Shown in pieces: positions 24,154 to 37,009 of a stretch of DNA of 64,000 bases. Every line of letters starts with the position of its first letter. Positions within the stretch are counted from its first letter, which is position 1. The notes beneath the pieces are model-generated. The model had not been told where the DNA came from. It was given only the letters and a program-made list of their open reading frames with translations, and did not search any database. The stretch spans positions 69,380,001 to 69,444,000 of the forward strand of contig NC_058368.1 of NCBI RefSeq assembly GCF_018350175.1. Reading direction: 5' to 3'. The translations under genes and the position numbers were made by a program. The stretch comes from Felis catus (lineage: Eukaryota).

Positions 24154-24308
24154 AAGCGGAGGGAATTAGCAGTAAAAATAGGACCACACCTGTGTAACAT
24201 AAATTCATGGATTAGTTGTGCTTATAGGCTTAAATTATACATTTATTAAATCTGTGTATGGTTAAGCCACACTGTATCTTCGCCTCTCACCAGCTAATTC
24301 CTCCACTT
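24154..24308. mobile_element. putative MITE-like element with imperfect terminal inverted repeats
   Basis: aagcggagggaattagc ... gctaattcctccactt. Confidence 0.45.
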
Positions 24309-25104
24309 TTTTTTTTTTTGTTTTTTTTTTTTTTAAGCGCTTGTTAAAGAAACCTGCCAGGAGTTACAAATCAGAATACTCAAATCTCAGGATGGAAACC
24401 GCTCCACAACGGGTCAGATCGGGGTGCCGGAGAATCTGCAGGGTCCTCTGAGGTGAGCCAGCACTTACTTAGTGGCCCCCACGCTGACCCCAGGGCCCCT
24501 CACTGCTGCTCCTGGGCGGGGTGGGTTCTGCGCCCATTCTCCATATTCGCACTCCACCTCCACTCGCCCACCCCCACCCCTTGGTGCTGGTGCTACTGGG
24601 GTGTCTGCCGAATGCAGAAATCCCCAAGCCACCACCCTGGTCAGTTTCAGGAGAAGCTCGAAGCACCCCTCTCTCCTCTCTGGTTCCCCCAAGCCTTTCT
24701 CAGTCCAGCACACCACCTCTTAGAGCCTGGGGTGCTCACAACCAACGATGGGGCAGGGACTCTCCCCGGACGCCTGGCATTTCTGCCTTGGACTCAGCAT
24801 CCCCCAAACCAGTAATGAACCTCTGGAGCAGTGAAAGGCAGACTCTCACCTCCTCGGAACAGAGAGGAGAGAAAGTATTCACAGCAGCACAAGACAGACC
24901 CAAATTACGCTCTGTCCTGACATGGTCCCCTGTGGGTTTCAAGGGTTCCTCTTGAGTGAGTGAGAGCCGCCCGTGGCTTGGGTGTTGTAAGTCCTGCCGC
25001 TTTGGGTCCCCACCAAGAAGGGGTGTGTAGAAAGGAGGGGGAACAGCAGAGCGCAGAAAGAGGTGTTGGAGCCTTCAACACCTTGTAAGTAGGACATTGC
25101 AACT

Positions 25105-26196
25105 TTTTTAAATATTATTTTTTAAAAATTATTTTTAATGTTTATTTATTTTGAGAGAGATTGAGAGAGAAGAACCGTGAGCAAGGCTCGAACTCAATGA
25201 CCCGGAAGTCATGACCTGAACAGACACTTAACCCACCGAGCCACCCAGGCGCCCCTGTCCAATATTTTAGATACTTGTTATCAAACAACCATGACTGTGA
25301 TTCGTCAGGTTGATAATGTAAGATAAATTTCATGTCTTTTCAAACTGGGAAATATAGGATCTAAACCCAAAAATATATCCCAGGGGTGCCCGGGTGGCTC
25401 AGTCGGTTTAGCATTCAGTTCTTGATTTCGGCTCAGGTCATGAGCCCCAGGGTTGTGGGATCCGGCCCCGTGTGGGGCTCTGAGCTGACAGCGTGAGTCC
25501 TGCTTGGGATTCTCACACTCCCTCTCTCTCTGCCCCGCCTCTGATCTCACTCTTTCTCTTTCTCAAAATAAATAAAGAAACATTTAAAAAATATATCCCA
25601 AAATGTGTCATCACAAAACACCATGAGAATCGTGATACTTTAGTTAGATTCAAATATTATCTGAAAGGAATAACATGCCACGTTGCTAATGCATTAATAT
25701 TTAGCTATTTATAATAATTATTATAATAATACAATTAGGATAGTAACAGTTAATTATTCTCTAATAGCCAGTAAACTAAGTGCTAACTTGTGGCCTTTCC
25801 TTTTCTAAGCACTGTGTGGGTTTTAACAAATTTAACCTTCATGAAAAGGCAGTTCCTTTGGGGAAGCCTGACTGGCTCAGTCAGTAGAGCGTGTGACTCT
25901 TGATCTTGGGGTTGTAAGTCCGAGTCCCATGTTGGGTGTAGAGACTACTTAAAAAATCTAGGGGTGCCTGGGTGGCTCAGTCAAGTGTCTGACTTTGGCT
26001 CAGGTCCTGATCTCGTGATTTGTGAGTTTGAGCTCCGTGTCAGGTTCTGTGCTGACAGCTTGGAGCCTGGGGCCTGCTTCAGATTCTGTGTCTCCCTCTC
26101 TCTCTGCCCCTCCCTCGCTCAGGCTCTGTCTCTCTAAAACAAATAGGCGTTTAAAAAATTTTTTAAATGAAACAAAATAAAACTTAAAAAAAAAAA
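25105..26196. mobile_element. cluster of four Can-SINEs (25105-25255 -, 25383-25590 +, 25860-25956 +, 25961-26196 +)
   Basis: Four SINE heads and bodies visible. Confidence 0.9.
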
Positions 26197-26619
26197 GAAT
26201 CATAAACAAACGTCCAGAAAGTTAGTTATTGGCAACAAAAATCGATTGGTGGAATTTTGTAGGAATAAAATCTGATTTCTGACAATAGGTTTTACCTCAC
26301 TGAATTTTCATAGAGGCACAGTGGGTCCTCCAAAATCGTTTTTTTCTTCTGGAGTTCAAGGATTACAACTGGCATTGTAATTATAATTGTGTAAAAATAC
26401 ATCTATATGAGTTTCATTGTATCACGTGGAATTACCATTAGTGAAACTGTGCAATCCCGACCTAACTAAGGGTTAGGTACACATGCAAGAGTTTTCCACG
26501 AAGGATGATCGTGGCGTTTTCTTCCCCCTTCGTATCATTCGTCTTCGCCATTGATAGACCAAGTTCGAGGAAGGTGTTCCTGGTTTGCTGTGGTTGTAGG
26601 ACACCCAACGTCATTCCCC

Positions 26620-27034
26620 TGAAGGTGCATGGCCAGTGTTTTCCATAATGCAACATCTCCCCAGGGACAGTTTTCCCTGGCACCCTGATGGGCAGATTTT
26701 CATTAAATTCCACCAGTGTGGAACCTTAGTAAACTTCACCACACCCAGCGGCATGGCCACGGCCATACCGTCTTCCACACCGTCCGTATCTCAGCCCTTG
26801 CTGGGGAGGGTGGGGGGGAGGGTGGGGGGGGGGCGGCTGTCAGGTTTCTTCCTTTTTAGATGCCCCAACTCCCCCCTGGAGGTAGTGGCTGTTCCCTACA
26901 CCTTCTTTTCCGGTATTCTTTGGAGTTCTCTCTACCCTTTAGTAGGTAATCCCCCATTATGGTTAATAATTCTTTATATTAAACTCGCCCTGTTCAGTGT
27001 GGTTTCTTTCTTCTGAACGGACACTGACTGACAC
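26620..27034 (+). mobile_element. ERVL LTR (LTR41-like)
   Basis: 3' end 'taataattctttatattaaactcgccctgttc...ctgactgacaca'. Confidence 0.6.
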
Positions 27035-27059
27035 AGTGAGCTATTCCCCTAATAACTGA

Positions 27060-27260
27060 TGATAAAGTCTACCATTTGTTGAGTGTCTCTGATGTGGGAG
27101 ACGCTATGCTAAGCATGTTGGAAACATGACCTGCGTGAATCCTACCAATCACGCCAGGATGTCGGGATCATTTTCTCCACTTCCAGATGGGGAAATTAAC
27201 GTTCAGTATTGCTTAGGTAAGAAATGACAAGCCTGGTCTAGTGGACCCCAAGCCTCTGCT
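27060..27260 (-). mobile_element. MIR relic
   Basis: accatttgttgagtg...tccacttccagatggggaaatt. Confidence 0.65.
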
Positions 27261-27619
27261 ATGAGGAATCAAGAAAACAACACAATCTGATGTAAGTAAG
27301 GCATAGATGCCTTCCACATTCAGCCACAGCTGAAATCACAAGGTTTCTTGGAAAACCCATAAATAACTAAAATTGTCTTCCCTCATAAGTATGTCCGTGT
27401 GCTCCAGGGCAAACCGCCTTCTTTGATCGTTTTCAGCTAATCAGCGCCTCCAAAAACAACGAAATAAGGGCAAACTCTGGTCCACAGATGGCCTGCAGTT
27501 TTTACTTTCATAAACCTTGCCGTGACTTTTCCCAGTGACATTTGATTTACAGATAATTGATCCCCCTCGTACACAAGTTAGGTTTCAGCTAGGTTTTTAA
27601 CTGTACTCATTTTTCTGAG

Positions 27620-28230
27620 TTATTGTCGACAGTACTTTCTGGAGATCCCACTGAGATCTGCTCATCGGAATGTACCCACAGGAGCCCGCAGCTGGCGTGA
27701 ACCTCTCATACGGACCCTGGAGTCCTGACTTGCCTTCTCGCTGTCCCCCTGGTGAGTGTCAGTGTGTGCCAATCAAGTTCTTCGGCTCGCGAGTGTTGGT
27801 TATACTTCTGCTGTGCCTGTGGCTATTGTGGGGGGGCGGTGGGGGGGGGCTGCGGACAGAGGAACTGCCAGGCAGATCACACAGTGACAGTTCTCTGGGC
27901 ACGTGGCGTTTGGGGGAGCTCCAGGGTCATTCTTCTCCCTCAAGTGGCTGACAGGCTGCTATTCCCACACTGACTGATTCCAAGACTGTTGGGTTCCCAG
28001 GCTACCACGGGGTTACAGAAAGGGGATGTGCAATCGGGCAAATTAAAATGCCATTGTTCCTACCAAGATGCAGTCCGTTTTCTTGAATAAATAGGCCCTA
28101 GATTGTGGCAAGACTTTGGTTAATTTCCAGACTGCTGCAAAAGTTGAGTTTGACTATTTTTGCTGGTGTTTTGGTGGCTTTAATGGAAGACTGGATTTTC
28201 AGAGGTTCCTACTCGATTGTTCTAGAAGTG
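27620..28230 (-). mobile_element. old L1M 5' UTR relic
   Basis: 'ttttcttgaataaata...ctttggttaatttccaga...ttttcagaggttcctactc' typical of antisense L1M 5' ends. Confidence 0.6.
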
Positions 28231-28416
28231 ATTAGATAACAAGGTTTAAATAGATCATAAATGTGAGCCCTTAATGTGACTGACATTCTTTCTGAGCAAG
28301 TACAACAGGGAAGAGTACAAAACAAACTAGCAGGAATCAGCTACAAATGCTTCCAGAGTCACCTTATCTTGCCTGAAAAGATTGTTCCATCGTGTGAATG
28401 TGGAGAGATTTCCTCT

Positions 28417-28618
28417 TCTTTTTTTTTTAATGTTTATTTTAGAGAGAGACAGACAGACAGAGTGTGAGCAGGGGAGGGGCAGAGAGAGAGACACACAAAA
28501 TTCAAAGCAGGCTCCAGGCTGTCAGCACAGAGCCTGACATGGGGCTCGAACCCACAAACTGAGGTCATGACCCGAGCCAAAGTCAGACAGGTAACCGACT
28601 GAGCCACCCAGGTGCCCC
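28417..28618 (-). mobile_element. SINEC_Fc
   Basis: TSD ggagagatttc. Confidence 0.95.
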
Positions 28619-29060
28619 ACTGAGGAGAGATTTCTAAACAGACTTTTATATCTGGCTACTTTTGGAGGAAGTTAATAAATTGGACTATAAAATCTCTTCC
28701 ATTAAAAGATGGCCTATTCTGATTGATTTGTAGAGCTGGATAAACACTTGTAATACAAAAAGTTTTCTGAGCTACAATTCATCAAGTGTTCAAGCTTTTT
28801 CAGAGGACCAGCTTTCTTAAAGCATACTCATAAAGAATACTCTCTTCCCTGAGTATTCTCAAATTATGCGATCTTGATTTATACAAGCATTCATTAATCT
28901 CCATAAATTAAATTATTGGCCTTGGTTCTTAAATTATAAGAGAAAAAGTAAGAAACATTTAAGTTGTTACCAGGCAGAAAAAGAGAGAAAATACTATGAG
29001 TATGTCAGAGATATTCAACAAAATGTAAAGTTTTTTAGAATTTAGGTACATAAATACAGA

Positions 29061-29103
29061 AAAATTATATAAAATTATATAAAAATTATATAAAAATTAT
29101 ATA
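29061..29103. repeat. (AAAATTATAT)n tandem repeat, ~4 copies
   Basis: Directly visible. Confidence 0.9.
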
Positions 29104-29678
29104 AGGGCAAGTACCTGGAATATTACTAAACATGATTAATCCTTGGGCAAATTACACTGCTTTGATATGTCTCATTTTAAAAAAAACTGTGTCTTTGCCC
29201 TGATTTTGTAACAGTATATTAAAAAGTTCACCTAGTATTCTAGCTGGTGTAAGACCTGTTTATTTTCACACAGAAAGCTTAATTAATCTGAACTTCTTAT
29301 ATTTCCTATTCTGTTTTTAATGGTCAATGATCCTTTCACTAAGTGTTTAACATACAACATCAGAGATGTCTTCCAAACTAATTTACTCTTAAAAATTTCA
29401 CATAATGCTACAAATTATCACAAATTTTATTTTTCCATTTGTACTGTGTATATAAAATTTCAGATGCCATGTTTCTCTTCTGTAATTTTTCTTTAAAAAA
29501 AAAGATGTATTCTCATTGTCTGTACCACACTCCACCACATGGTTTTATCATACTTAGTCATTACCCAATAAATGGATATCACTGGTCCCATTTTTCCTAT
29601 TTTCCTATTAAGGAATGCTAAAAACACCCTTATACATATATCTTTGACTACATCTCTGACTACTTACTAAAGGTGGGA

Positions 29679-29888
29679 TTTTTAAATGTTTATTTATTTT
29701 TGAGAGAGAGAGAGAGAGATACCATGAGTGGGGGAGAGACAGAGAAGAGGGAGAGAGAGAATCCCAAGCAGGCTCCACACTGTCAGTGCAGAGCCTGACA
29801 CGGGGCTTGAACTCACGAACCGCAAGATCATGACCTGAGCCAAAATCAAGAGTCGGAGGTTTAACCGACTGAGGCATCCGGGAACCCC
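29679..29888 (-). mobile_element. Can-SINE (Fc2-like)
   Basis: Antisense full length. Confidence 0.95.
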
Positions 29889-31199
29889 AACTTGGCACAT
29901 TATTTTCAAGGTTCCTTCATGTTATAGCTTGTGTCCATACTCTCCTTTCCGCTTTATGGATGAACAATGTTCCATTCTATGGTCAGACCACATTTTCATT
30001 CCTTGCTTCATCATCAGGTTGATATTTTCAATTGATTTTTATATAATTTTGAAAGTCCATTTCACCAAGGAATAACTTGCATGTAGTAAATTCACTCTGT
30101 TTCGTTCCACGAGTTTTGACAAATATGTATAGTTCTGGAACTACCAATCATCCGCATAAATTCCCCAGTGTTCCTCTATAGTCAATATCCTCCCCATCCC
30201 TAGTTCCTAAAAAACTACCCATCTGTTCTCTGTTCCTATAGTTTACTTTTTCTAGAAGGTCACGTTAATGAATTCACACAGTATGTATCCTCTTGAGATG
30301 GGCTGTTTTCACTTAGCTTAACGCATTTGAAAAACTTGATCAGCTCTTCTCAATTATACATATCTTCTGATCCCCCATTAGTGATATTCTACCAACCCTG
30401 ATTCCCACCTCCTGTTCCCCTGCTTGACAGTCCCTGGCGGGATACCTTCCAATGTTAGCATGTTCTCCCTTATGACATCGTGACTCACAAAGCCCACTGC
30501 GGTTTGCACATCGACGGCTGTGCAAATACCAACATGAGAAGTGTTTATAAGCTGAGGTCCAAGCAGCTTGTGGGAAATAAAACCTCAAGTGTGAGAGTGG
30601 TATGTCCATTTTGCTGATCTTTCTATTTGTGAGCCCCTCAATTTTCTTCTGTTTTTAATAGTTTTACTTGTACTTACTTTTCATTTTAACTAAAGAGATG
30701 CATAAACAGAATTTTCAGCATTGAATAGTGTATAAAGCTTGTGATGAAAAACAGTAGCTCCCCAACTGCCCCACCCCCGCTAACTTCTCATTCTCCAGGG
30801 ACGACTACTTTTATTTCTTTTAACTGATTTTTTTTCTCCATCTCTTTACATAGCACATTTATATTTGATATTTCTTGATTTTTCCATACCTCTTGACTTC
30901 CTCCTATGGAATATGATGATTGAACTCTTTCTTACACCCCTGTGCCCCAACCTGCCTCATAGGGCAATATTATAATTTTGGTGAAAACAGTATTTAGTGT
31001 TCCATTCCTGGGGCCACGCAAATGCCACTGACAGGTGAGCTATGCAGTGTGCTCTGCTTTTTTTTTTTGTTTTCCTATACAACTTCTTGTTTTCTTTGAA
31101 GATGATAATGGTTGTTTTTCAATAATCTAGGTTTTCTATAGTTTCACCACCAATTTATCCCCAAACCTACCCCAGTTTGTGTAAATCACCTCTCAAATT

Positions 31200-31571
31200 T
31201 TTCTTTTTTTTAAATGATTTTTCATTTTTTTAAGTTTATTTATTTATTTTGAGAGGTGGGGAAAGGGGTAGAGAGAGGGAGGGAGAGAGAATCCCAAGCA
31301 GGCTCTGCACAGAGCCCAATGTGGGACTTGAACTCACAAACTGTGACATCATGACCTGAGCTAAAATCAAGACTTGGACGCTCAAACAACTGAGCCACCC
31401 AGGCACCCCATTTTTTTTATTTTTATTAAAATTTATTTTATTTATTTATTTAAATCAGCTTCATGCCCAGCATGGAACCCAATGTAGGGCTTGAACTCAG
31501 GACCTTGAGATCAAGACCTGAGCCAAGGTCAAGAGTTGGACACTTAATAGACTGAGCCACCCAGGCACCCC
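31200..31571 (-). mobile_element. two tandem Can-SINEs (31200-31409, 31411-31571)
   Basis: Two antisense heads 'gagccacccaggcacccc'. Confidence 0.92.
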
Positions 31572-31627
31572 ATCTCTCAACATTTGCATACATATTAGGT
31601 TTCTTCTTTCATTATTAAAAAATATCT

Positions 31628-32040
31628 CCCCATTGACCTATGTGTCTGTTTTTGCCCCAGTACCATACTTTCTTGATGATTACAGCTTTGTGATATATCT
31701 TGAAATCTGGACTTGTGATGCCTCCAGTTTTGGTTTTCTTTTTTAACATTACTTTGGCTATTTGGAGTCTTTTCTCATTCCATAAAAATTTTAGAATTGT
31801 TTGTTCTAGCTCTGTGAAGAATGCTGGTATTATTTTAATAGGGTTGCATTGAATATGTAGATTGCCTTGGGTAGTATCAACATATGAACAATAGTTGTTC
31901 TTCCAGTAAATGAGCATGGAATGTTTTTCCATTTCTTTGTGTCTTCTTCAATTTCTTTCATAAGCTTTGTATAGCTTTCAGCATATAGATCTTTTACCTC
32001 TTAGGTTAAGTTTATTCCTAGGCATTTTACGGTTTTCAGT
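31628..32040 (-). mobile_element. carnivore L1 ORF2, inverted 5' segment
   Basis: ORF 31615-31932: [25 protein letters not shown]...[19 protein letters not shown]1 ORF2. Confidence 0.95.
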
Positions 32041-32917
32041 AACCCAGAAATGGACCAAAAAATGTATGGCCAACTAATCTTTGACAAAGCAAAAAAGAAT
32101 ATCCAGTGGAAAAAAGACGGTCTCTTCAGCAAATGGTATTGGGAAAACTGGACGGTGACATGCAGAAGAATGAACCTGGACCACTTTCTTACACCAGACA
32201 CAAAAAATAAATTCAAAATGGATGAAAGACCTAAATGTAAGACAGGAAGCCATCAAAATCCTAGAGGAGAAAGGAGGCAACAATGTCTTTGACCTTGGCC
32301 GTAGCAACTTCTTACTTGACATGTCTCCAGAGGCAAGGGAAACAAAAGCAAAAATGAACTATTGGGACCTTATCAAGATAAAAAGCTTATGCACAGCGAA
32401 GGAAACAATCAGCAAAACTAAAAGGCAACTGATGGAATGAGAGAAGATATTTGCAAATGACATATTGGATAAAGGATCAGTATCCAAAATCTACAAAGAA
32501 CTTACAAACTCGACACCCAAAAAACAATCCAGTGAAGAAATGGGCAGAAGACGTGAACAGACACTTTTCCAAAGAAGACATCCAGATGGCCAACTGACAC
32601 ATGAAACAATGTTCAACAAACTCATTAGCAGGGAGATACAAATCAAATCCACAATGAGCTACACCTCACCCCTGTCAGAATGGCTAAAATTAACTCAGGA
32701 AATGACAGATGTTGGTGAGGATGCAGAGAGAGGGGAACCCTTTTGCACTGTTGGTGGGAATGCAAACTTGTGCAGCTACTCTGGAAAACAGTATGGAGGT
32801 TCCTCAAAAAATTAAAAATAGAACTACCCTACGACCCAGCAATTGCACTAGTAGGCATTTATCCAAAGTATATAAAAATGCTGATTCAAAGGGGTACATG
32901 CACCCCAATGTTTATAG
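32041..32917 (+). mobile_element. carnivore L1 ORF2 C-terminal segment (frameshifted)
   Basis: [24 protein letters not shown]...; [33 protein letters not shown]. Confidence 0.97.
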
Positions 32918-32919
32918 AT

Positions 32920-33112
32920 AAGCATCTGACTCTTAATTTCAGCTCAGGTCATGATCTCATGGTTTGTGGGATGGAGCCCGTGTTGGGCTCTGTGCTGACA
33001 GCGTGGAGCCTGCGTGGGATTCTCTCTCTCTTCTCATCTCTGCTCCTCCCCTGCTTGTATGCTTTCTCTCTCTTTCTCTCTCTCAAAATAAATGAATTAA
33101 ACTTAAAAAAAA
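32920..33112 (+). mobile_element. 5'-truncated Can-SINE fused to L1
   Basis: aagcatctgactcttaatttcagctcaggtcatg follows the L1 directly. Confidence 0.9.
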
Positions 33113-33324
33113 CGTGGGCTTGGAAATGTGTTATGAAAGCCCCACCTAATACAGATGAATCAAAAATGGCCGGTGACTAAGTGAAATGATGACCGGTACA
33201 TAAGTTTATTTGCTCAAGCAAATTTTCTCTACGTAGTCGTAAATTTTCTTATAGTCAAATAAAATTTATAGTAAAATTTTATTATTTTATAATAAAAAAT
33301 TTTATAGTAAAAATTCTTTTAATT

Positions 33325-33537
33325 TAATTTATTTATTTTTTAAATGTTGGTTTACTTTTGAGAGAGAGAGAGAGACAGAGCATGAGTGGGGGAGGGGCAG
33401 AAAGAGAGGGAGACACAATCTGAAGCAGGCTCCAGGCTCTGAGCTGTCAGCCCAGAGCCCGACGCAGGGCTCGAACCCACGAACTGGGAGATCATGACCT
33501 GTCAGACACTTTACTGACTGAGCCACCCAGGTGCCCC
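33325..33537 (-). mobile_element. SINEC_Fc
   Basis: Antisense; small internal deletion. Confidence 0.93.
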
Positions 33538-34689
33538 TAAACATGTTTTAAAGGAAGGGAATAAGAGAGACTCATCCTACCATCCTGCCTGTCAGCTGTG
33601 TGGAATTATTGATATTCACTCCCCAATATCTCCTCATCCTGGACAAAATATTAATTGAGTCTAAGGGAAGTTTTCTGTGTGGCAAGACTTCCCTCCTCGC
33701 CACTTCATACTTGCGCGTGTGTGCGCGCATGAACACACGCACACACACATACACACCTCTCCAGTCGCGATACTCTACTCAGGGGTGTCCTTTTAGGCAC
33801 AGTGGGGCCACTGTGGGATGGCAGGAAGATGATTAGAATGGCAGTTAGAAAGTATGGGTTCCAAGACTTTGGCAAATCACATACTCCCTGGGCCTCAGGT
33901 TCTGTACTTGCAATTTCCGTGATGACTAAGGTCTCTCCCCAGAGCAACCACCCATGACCCTATCTATGGCCCAGTGGCCTGCAGGTGATGTGACCCTGGT
34001 CTTATCAGCATCATGTTTTCCACAACTGGCCAACATTGTTCCACATCAGCCCCATCGTGTGGATGAGAAAATGTGCCAGATGCACCGATTGGGGGCCGAG
34101 AGGCCCTTACCAAGCGATGCTTCCCCTGGTGAGTTTGTGGCTTCCTGTGGTGGCAATGCTGGTATTCTTAAATTGCCACCACCCGGAATCTAGAAAGTTC
34201 CTGAAGTGTCCGAAGTCCCCCCTTCCGCCACAGATCTACTTGTCCTGTCTGCATGCCGTCTTTTCACTGATTTCACTTTCATAGGAAGAAGGTTCTGATC
34301 ACAAATCTTGCAGCCATTTCCCTCCAGTCCAGAGAGCGGCTTGTAAAGCATATTTTGTACTCACTTAGGCCTCACGTGCAGTTTGATGTTGATTTGACCA
34401 GTGGTGCTATATACCCGGAAATTCTTCCTTGAGAATTTGCCCCCTAAACTGGCGTATGTCCTGAAGGACCCACATGCAGGAAGGTGGGTGCAACATGGCT
34501 TGTAAAGGCGGAATCTCATTCATGGAAGAAATGTCTGTCATAAGGGGATGGGGGATGTCATGGGTCCCGTCCACGTCATGGGCCACCGTGCCACTGTGAC
34601 AAAATGAGGTCAGTCTGCTAGTGGTGACAGATCAAGTGGGGTAAGTTGAGATGTGCTCCCATTTCTGTAAGCACAAGGACTCAGCATAT

Positions 34690-34895
34690 CTACTGCTTAC
34701 AAGTGTTTGTCCTATGCCAGACTAAGATCCAAGCACTTCATATGCTTTAGCTCATTTAATCCCCCAACGATCCTGTGGGTAGATTCCATTATTATTCACT
34801 TTTTTATAACTCAGAAAACTGAACTCAGTCAGTGTTGCACAGTTGGTGGCTGAGCTAGGATTCAAACCCAGGCATCTTAATGCCATAACCCTGCA
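34690..34895 (-). mobile_element. MIR
   Basis: ctcatttaatcccccaacgatcctgtgggtag...gctaggattcaaacccaggc. Confidence 0.85.
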
Positions 34896-34910
34896 CTTCA
34901 CCATAAAGAG

Positions 34911-34911
34911 G

Positions 34912-34956
<45 letters not shown>

Positions 34957-34973
34957 GCGTGTGCATACACACA
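34911..34973. repeat. (CA)n microsatellite with CG flanks; alternating purine-pyrimidine tract
   Basis: Directly visible. Confidence 0.95.
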
Positions 34974-35094
34974 GGCACATACAGCACTCATGTATGCATT
35001 GAACACTTCTGGAAGGACATAAGTATGGACAATATGTTATCAGTGGTTGCCCTTGGGGAGGGAAAGTCATAAGGGGTAGATACATTAGGTGAAA

Positions 35095-35329
35095 ACATAA
35101 TAATAATAATAATAATAATAATAATGTTTATTTATTTATTTATTTTGAGAGAAAGAGAGATCACAAGCAGGGAAGGGGCAGAGAGAGAGGGAGGGAGAGA
35201 GAATCCTGAGTAGGTTCCGCGCTGTCAGCTAAAAGCCTGATGCGGGGCTTGAACTCATGAACTGTGAGATCATGACCTGAGCTGAAATCATGAGCCGGAC
35301 GCTTAACCAACTGAGCCACTCAGGAGCCC
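35095..35329 (-). mobile_element. Can-SINE with (AAT)n tail
   Basis: Antisense body. Confidence 0.93.
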
Positions 35330-35647
35330 ACAAAATAATTATTATTGAACACCTTTTGTGTTATGAGTGTTTGTCATGGTTTTTTTCAAAGAACAGAAAT
35401 GTTAGTACATTTTAAAAAGTCAGGTGGCAGAATATAACTAGACTAATTGTGGTGACCATTTCACAGTATATACCCAATATTGAATCATGTTATACACATG
35501 AAACTAACATAATGTATGTCAATTTTACTTCAATAAGAATAATAATAAAATAAAAAGTCACATGGTATGAAAGATGACAAACATGACCAGTAGAAATATA
35601 ACATCCATGACTCTACTGTGTGGAATATTTTTCTTTTCTTTCCCTCA

Positions 35648-35754
35648 CTTTTTATTTATTTTTTAAGTAAGCTCTATGCCCAACTTGGGGCTCAAACTCA
35701 TGACCCCAAGATAAAGAGTCGTATGCTCCACCAACTGAGCCAGCCAGACGCCCC
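35648..35754 (-). mobile_element. short Can-SINE (old type)
   Basis: TSD ccctcacttttta. Confidence 0.92.
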
Positions 35755-37009
35755 CTACCCCTCACTTTTTAACTCAAAGTCCGACTCAGCCTGCCATTGA
35801 CCTTAAATCCCTAGCAAAATCAAGAATTCTTGTGAAAGTGCCTTATTATATTTAGCTATGTTTAATGAAACCTTTTTAAAACTACAGAATTGGCATACTT
35901 TTTGTAATTTAATATGCTAAATAAAATAATTCCCCTCTACTAACAATTACAATTAGTTCCATAGACCGGTTACTAACCCTAGTTCAACACTGTAGAGAAA
36001 GATTTTTTTAATACTTACTTGTACGTGGCGTATCACAAGAGCAGTGTACAAGTTGCTGTTTTGTCTGGGATATGACCCAGTGGAAACCTAAATGTGACCA
36101 ACAGCCTTCTAATTCACTGGCTGTGATGGATCACAGGTGAGTCGGTCCTGCCTCCAGTGTCTCAAAGGAGAAATTCATCACGTGGCTTCTATACTCCCTA
36201 GAGAGCGTTCAAAGTTATTCATGAATGAGCTGCCTGAATGATGTGACAATCTGGGCAGTTGAAAATTGTTTCAAATTGACCACTAAACCAAAAAGTTTCC
36301 TGGGGATTATGGAATCAGATTGTAGTAAGGGATCTGAAGACGTCTGCTGGTGTAGTTGTTCCTGAATATAACTGGTCACCAGAATCATCTGGGGGTCATT
36401 TGTTGTTGTTGTTTTTGTTGTTCTTAATACAGATTGCTGGGTCCTCCCTAAAAATTCGGTAGCCCTGGGCTGGGACCCCAAATTTGCAATCTATCACCAC
36501 TAATTTCTGTGGCTCAGCCAAGTTTGTATACCATTGATTTGATTTATCCTAATCTATTTACCTACATACTTTTGACTCATCTAATTGTGCTTTTGTGAAT
36601 TAGCCAATAAATGATGAAATTCCCTACAACACATTTGAAGATACATCAGGCTGCATTTATATGGACCATGTGAGTTATAATACATAAAACAATAACTCAT
36701 ATGTGTGTCACTTTTTATAGTTAATAAAAGGCATTTGCAGATATTATAATGGAGGCAATAACATGTCATGGTCAAGAATAGAGTCCAGAGTCAGACGTTG
36801 CTTAGCTTCTGAAGGAGATCAGAATCTTCATCCCAGTATATGCCACTTTGGTATAAGGATTATTTTGAGCCGAAGGCAACTGAGAATCACCAGATGCAGG
36901 AAGTGTTTTCTGCCTTCCTTCATCTGCCTAAAAGCAGGGCATAAATTTCCCCTTGTGAACATGTCTTCCCCACCCCCCCTACCCCGTCCATACTAGACAA
37001 AAACCAACT

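Noticed and set aside
24307..25100. Poly-T followed by GC-rich unique sequence, considered as an antisense processed pseudogene
   Set aside because: No polyadenylation signal, no TSD and no recognisable protein in any frame.
28834..28859. 9-bp hairpin agaatactc/gagtattct
   Set aside because: Stems this short are expected by chance in 64 kb.
31615..33180. Reverse-transcriptase-family (L1 ORF2) ORFs
   Set aside because: Frameshifted, truncated and partly inverted; non-functional L1 remnant.
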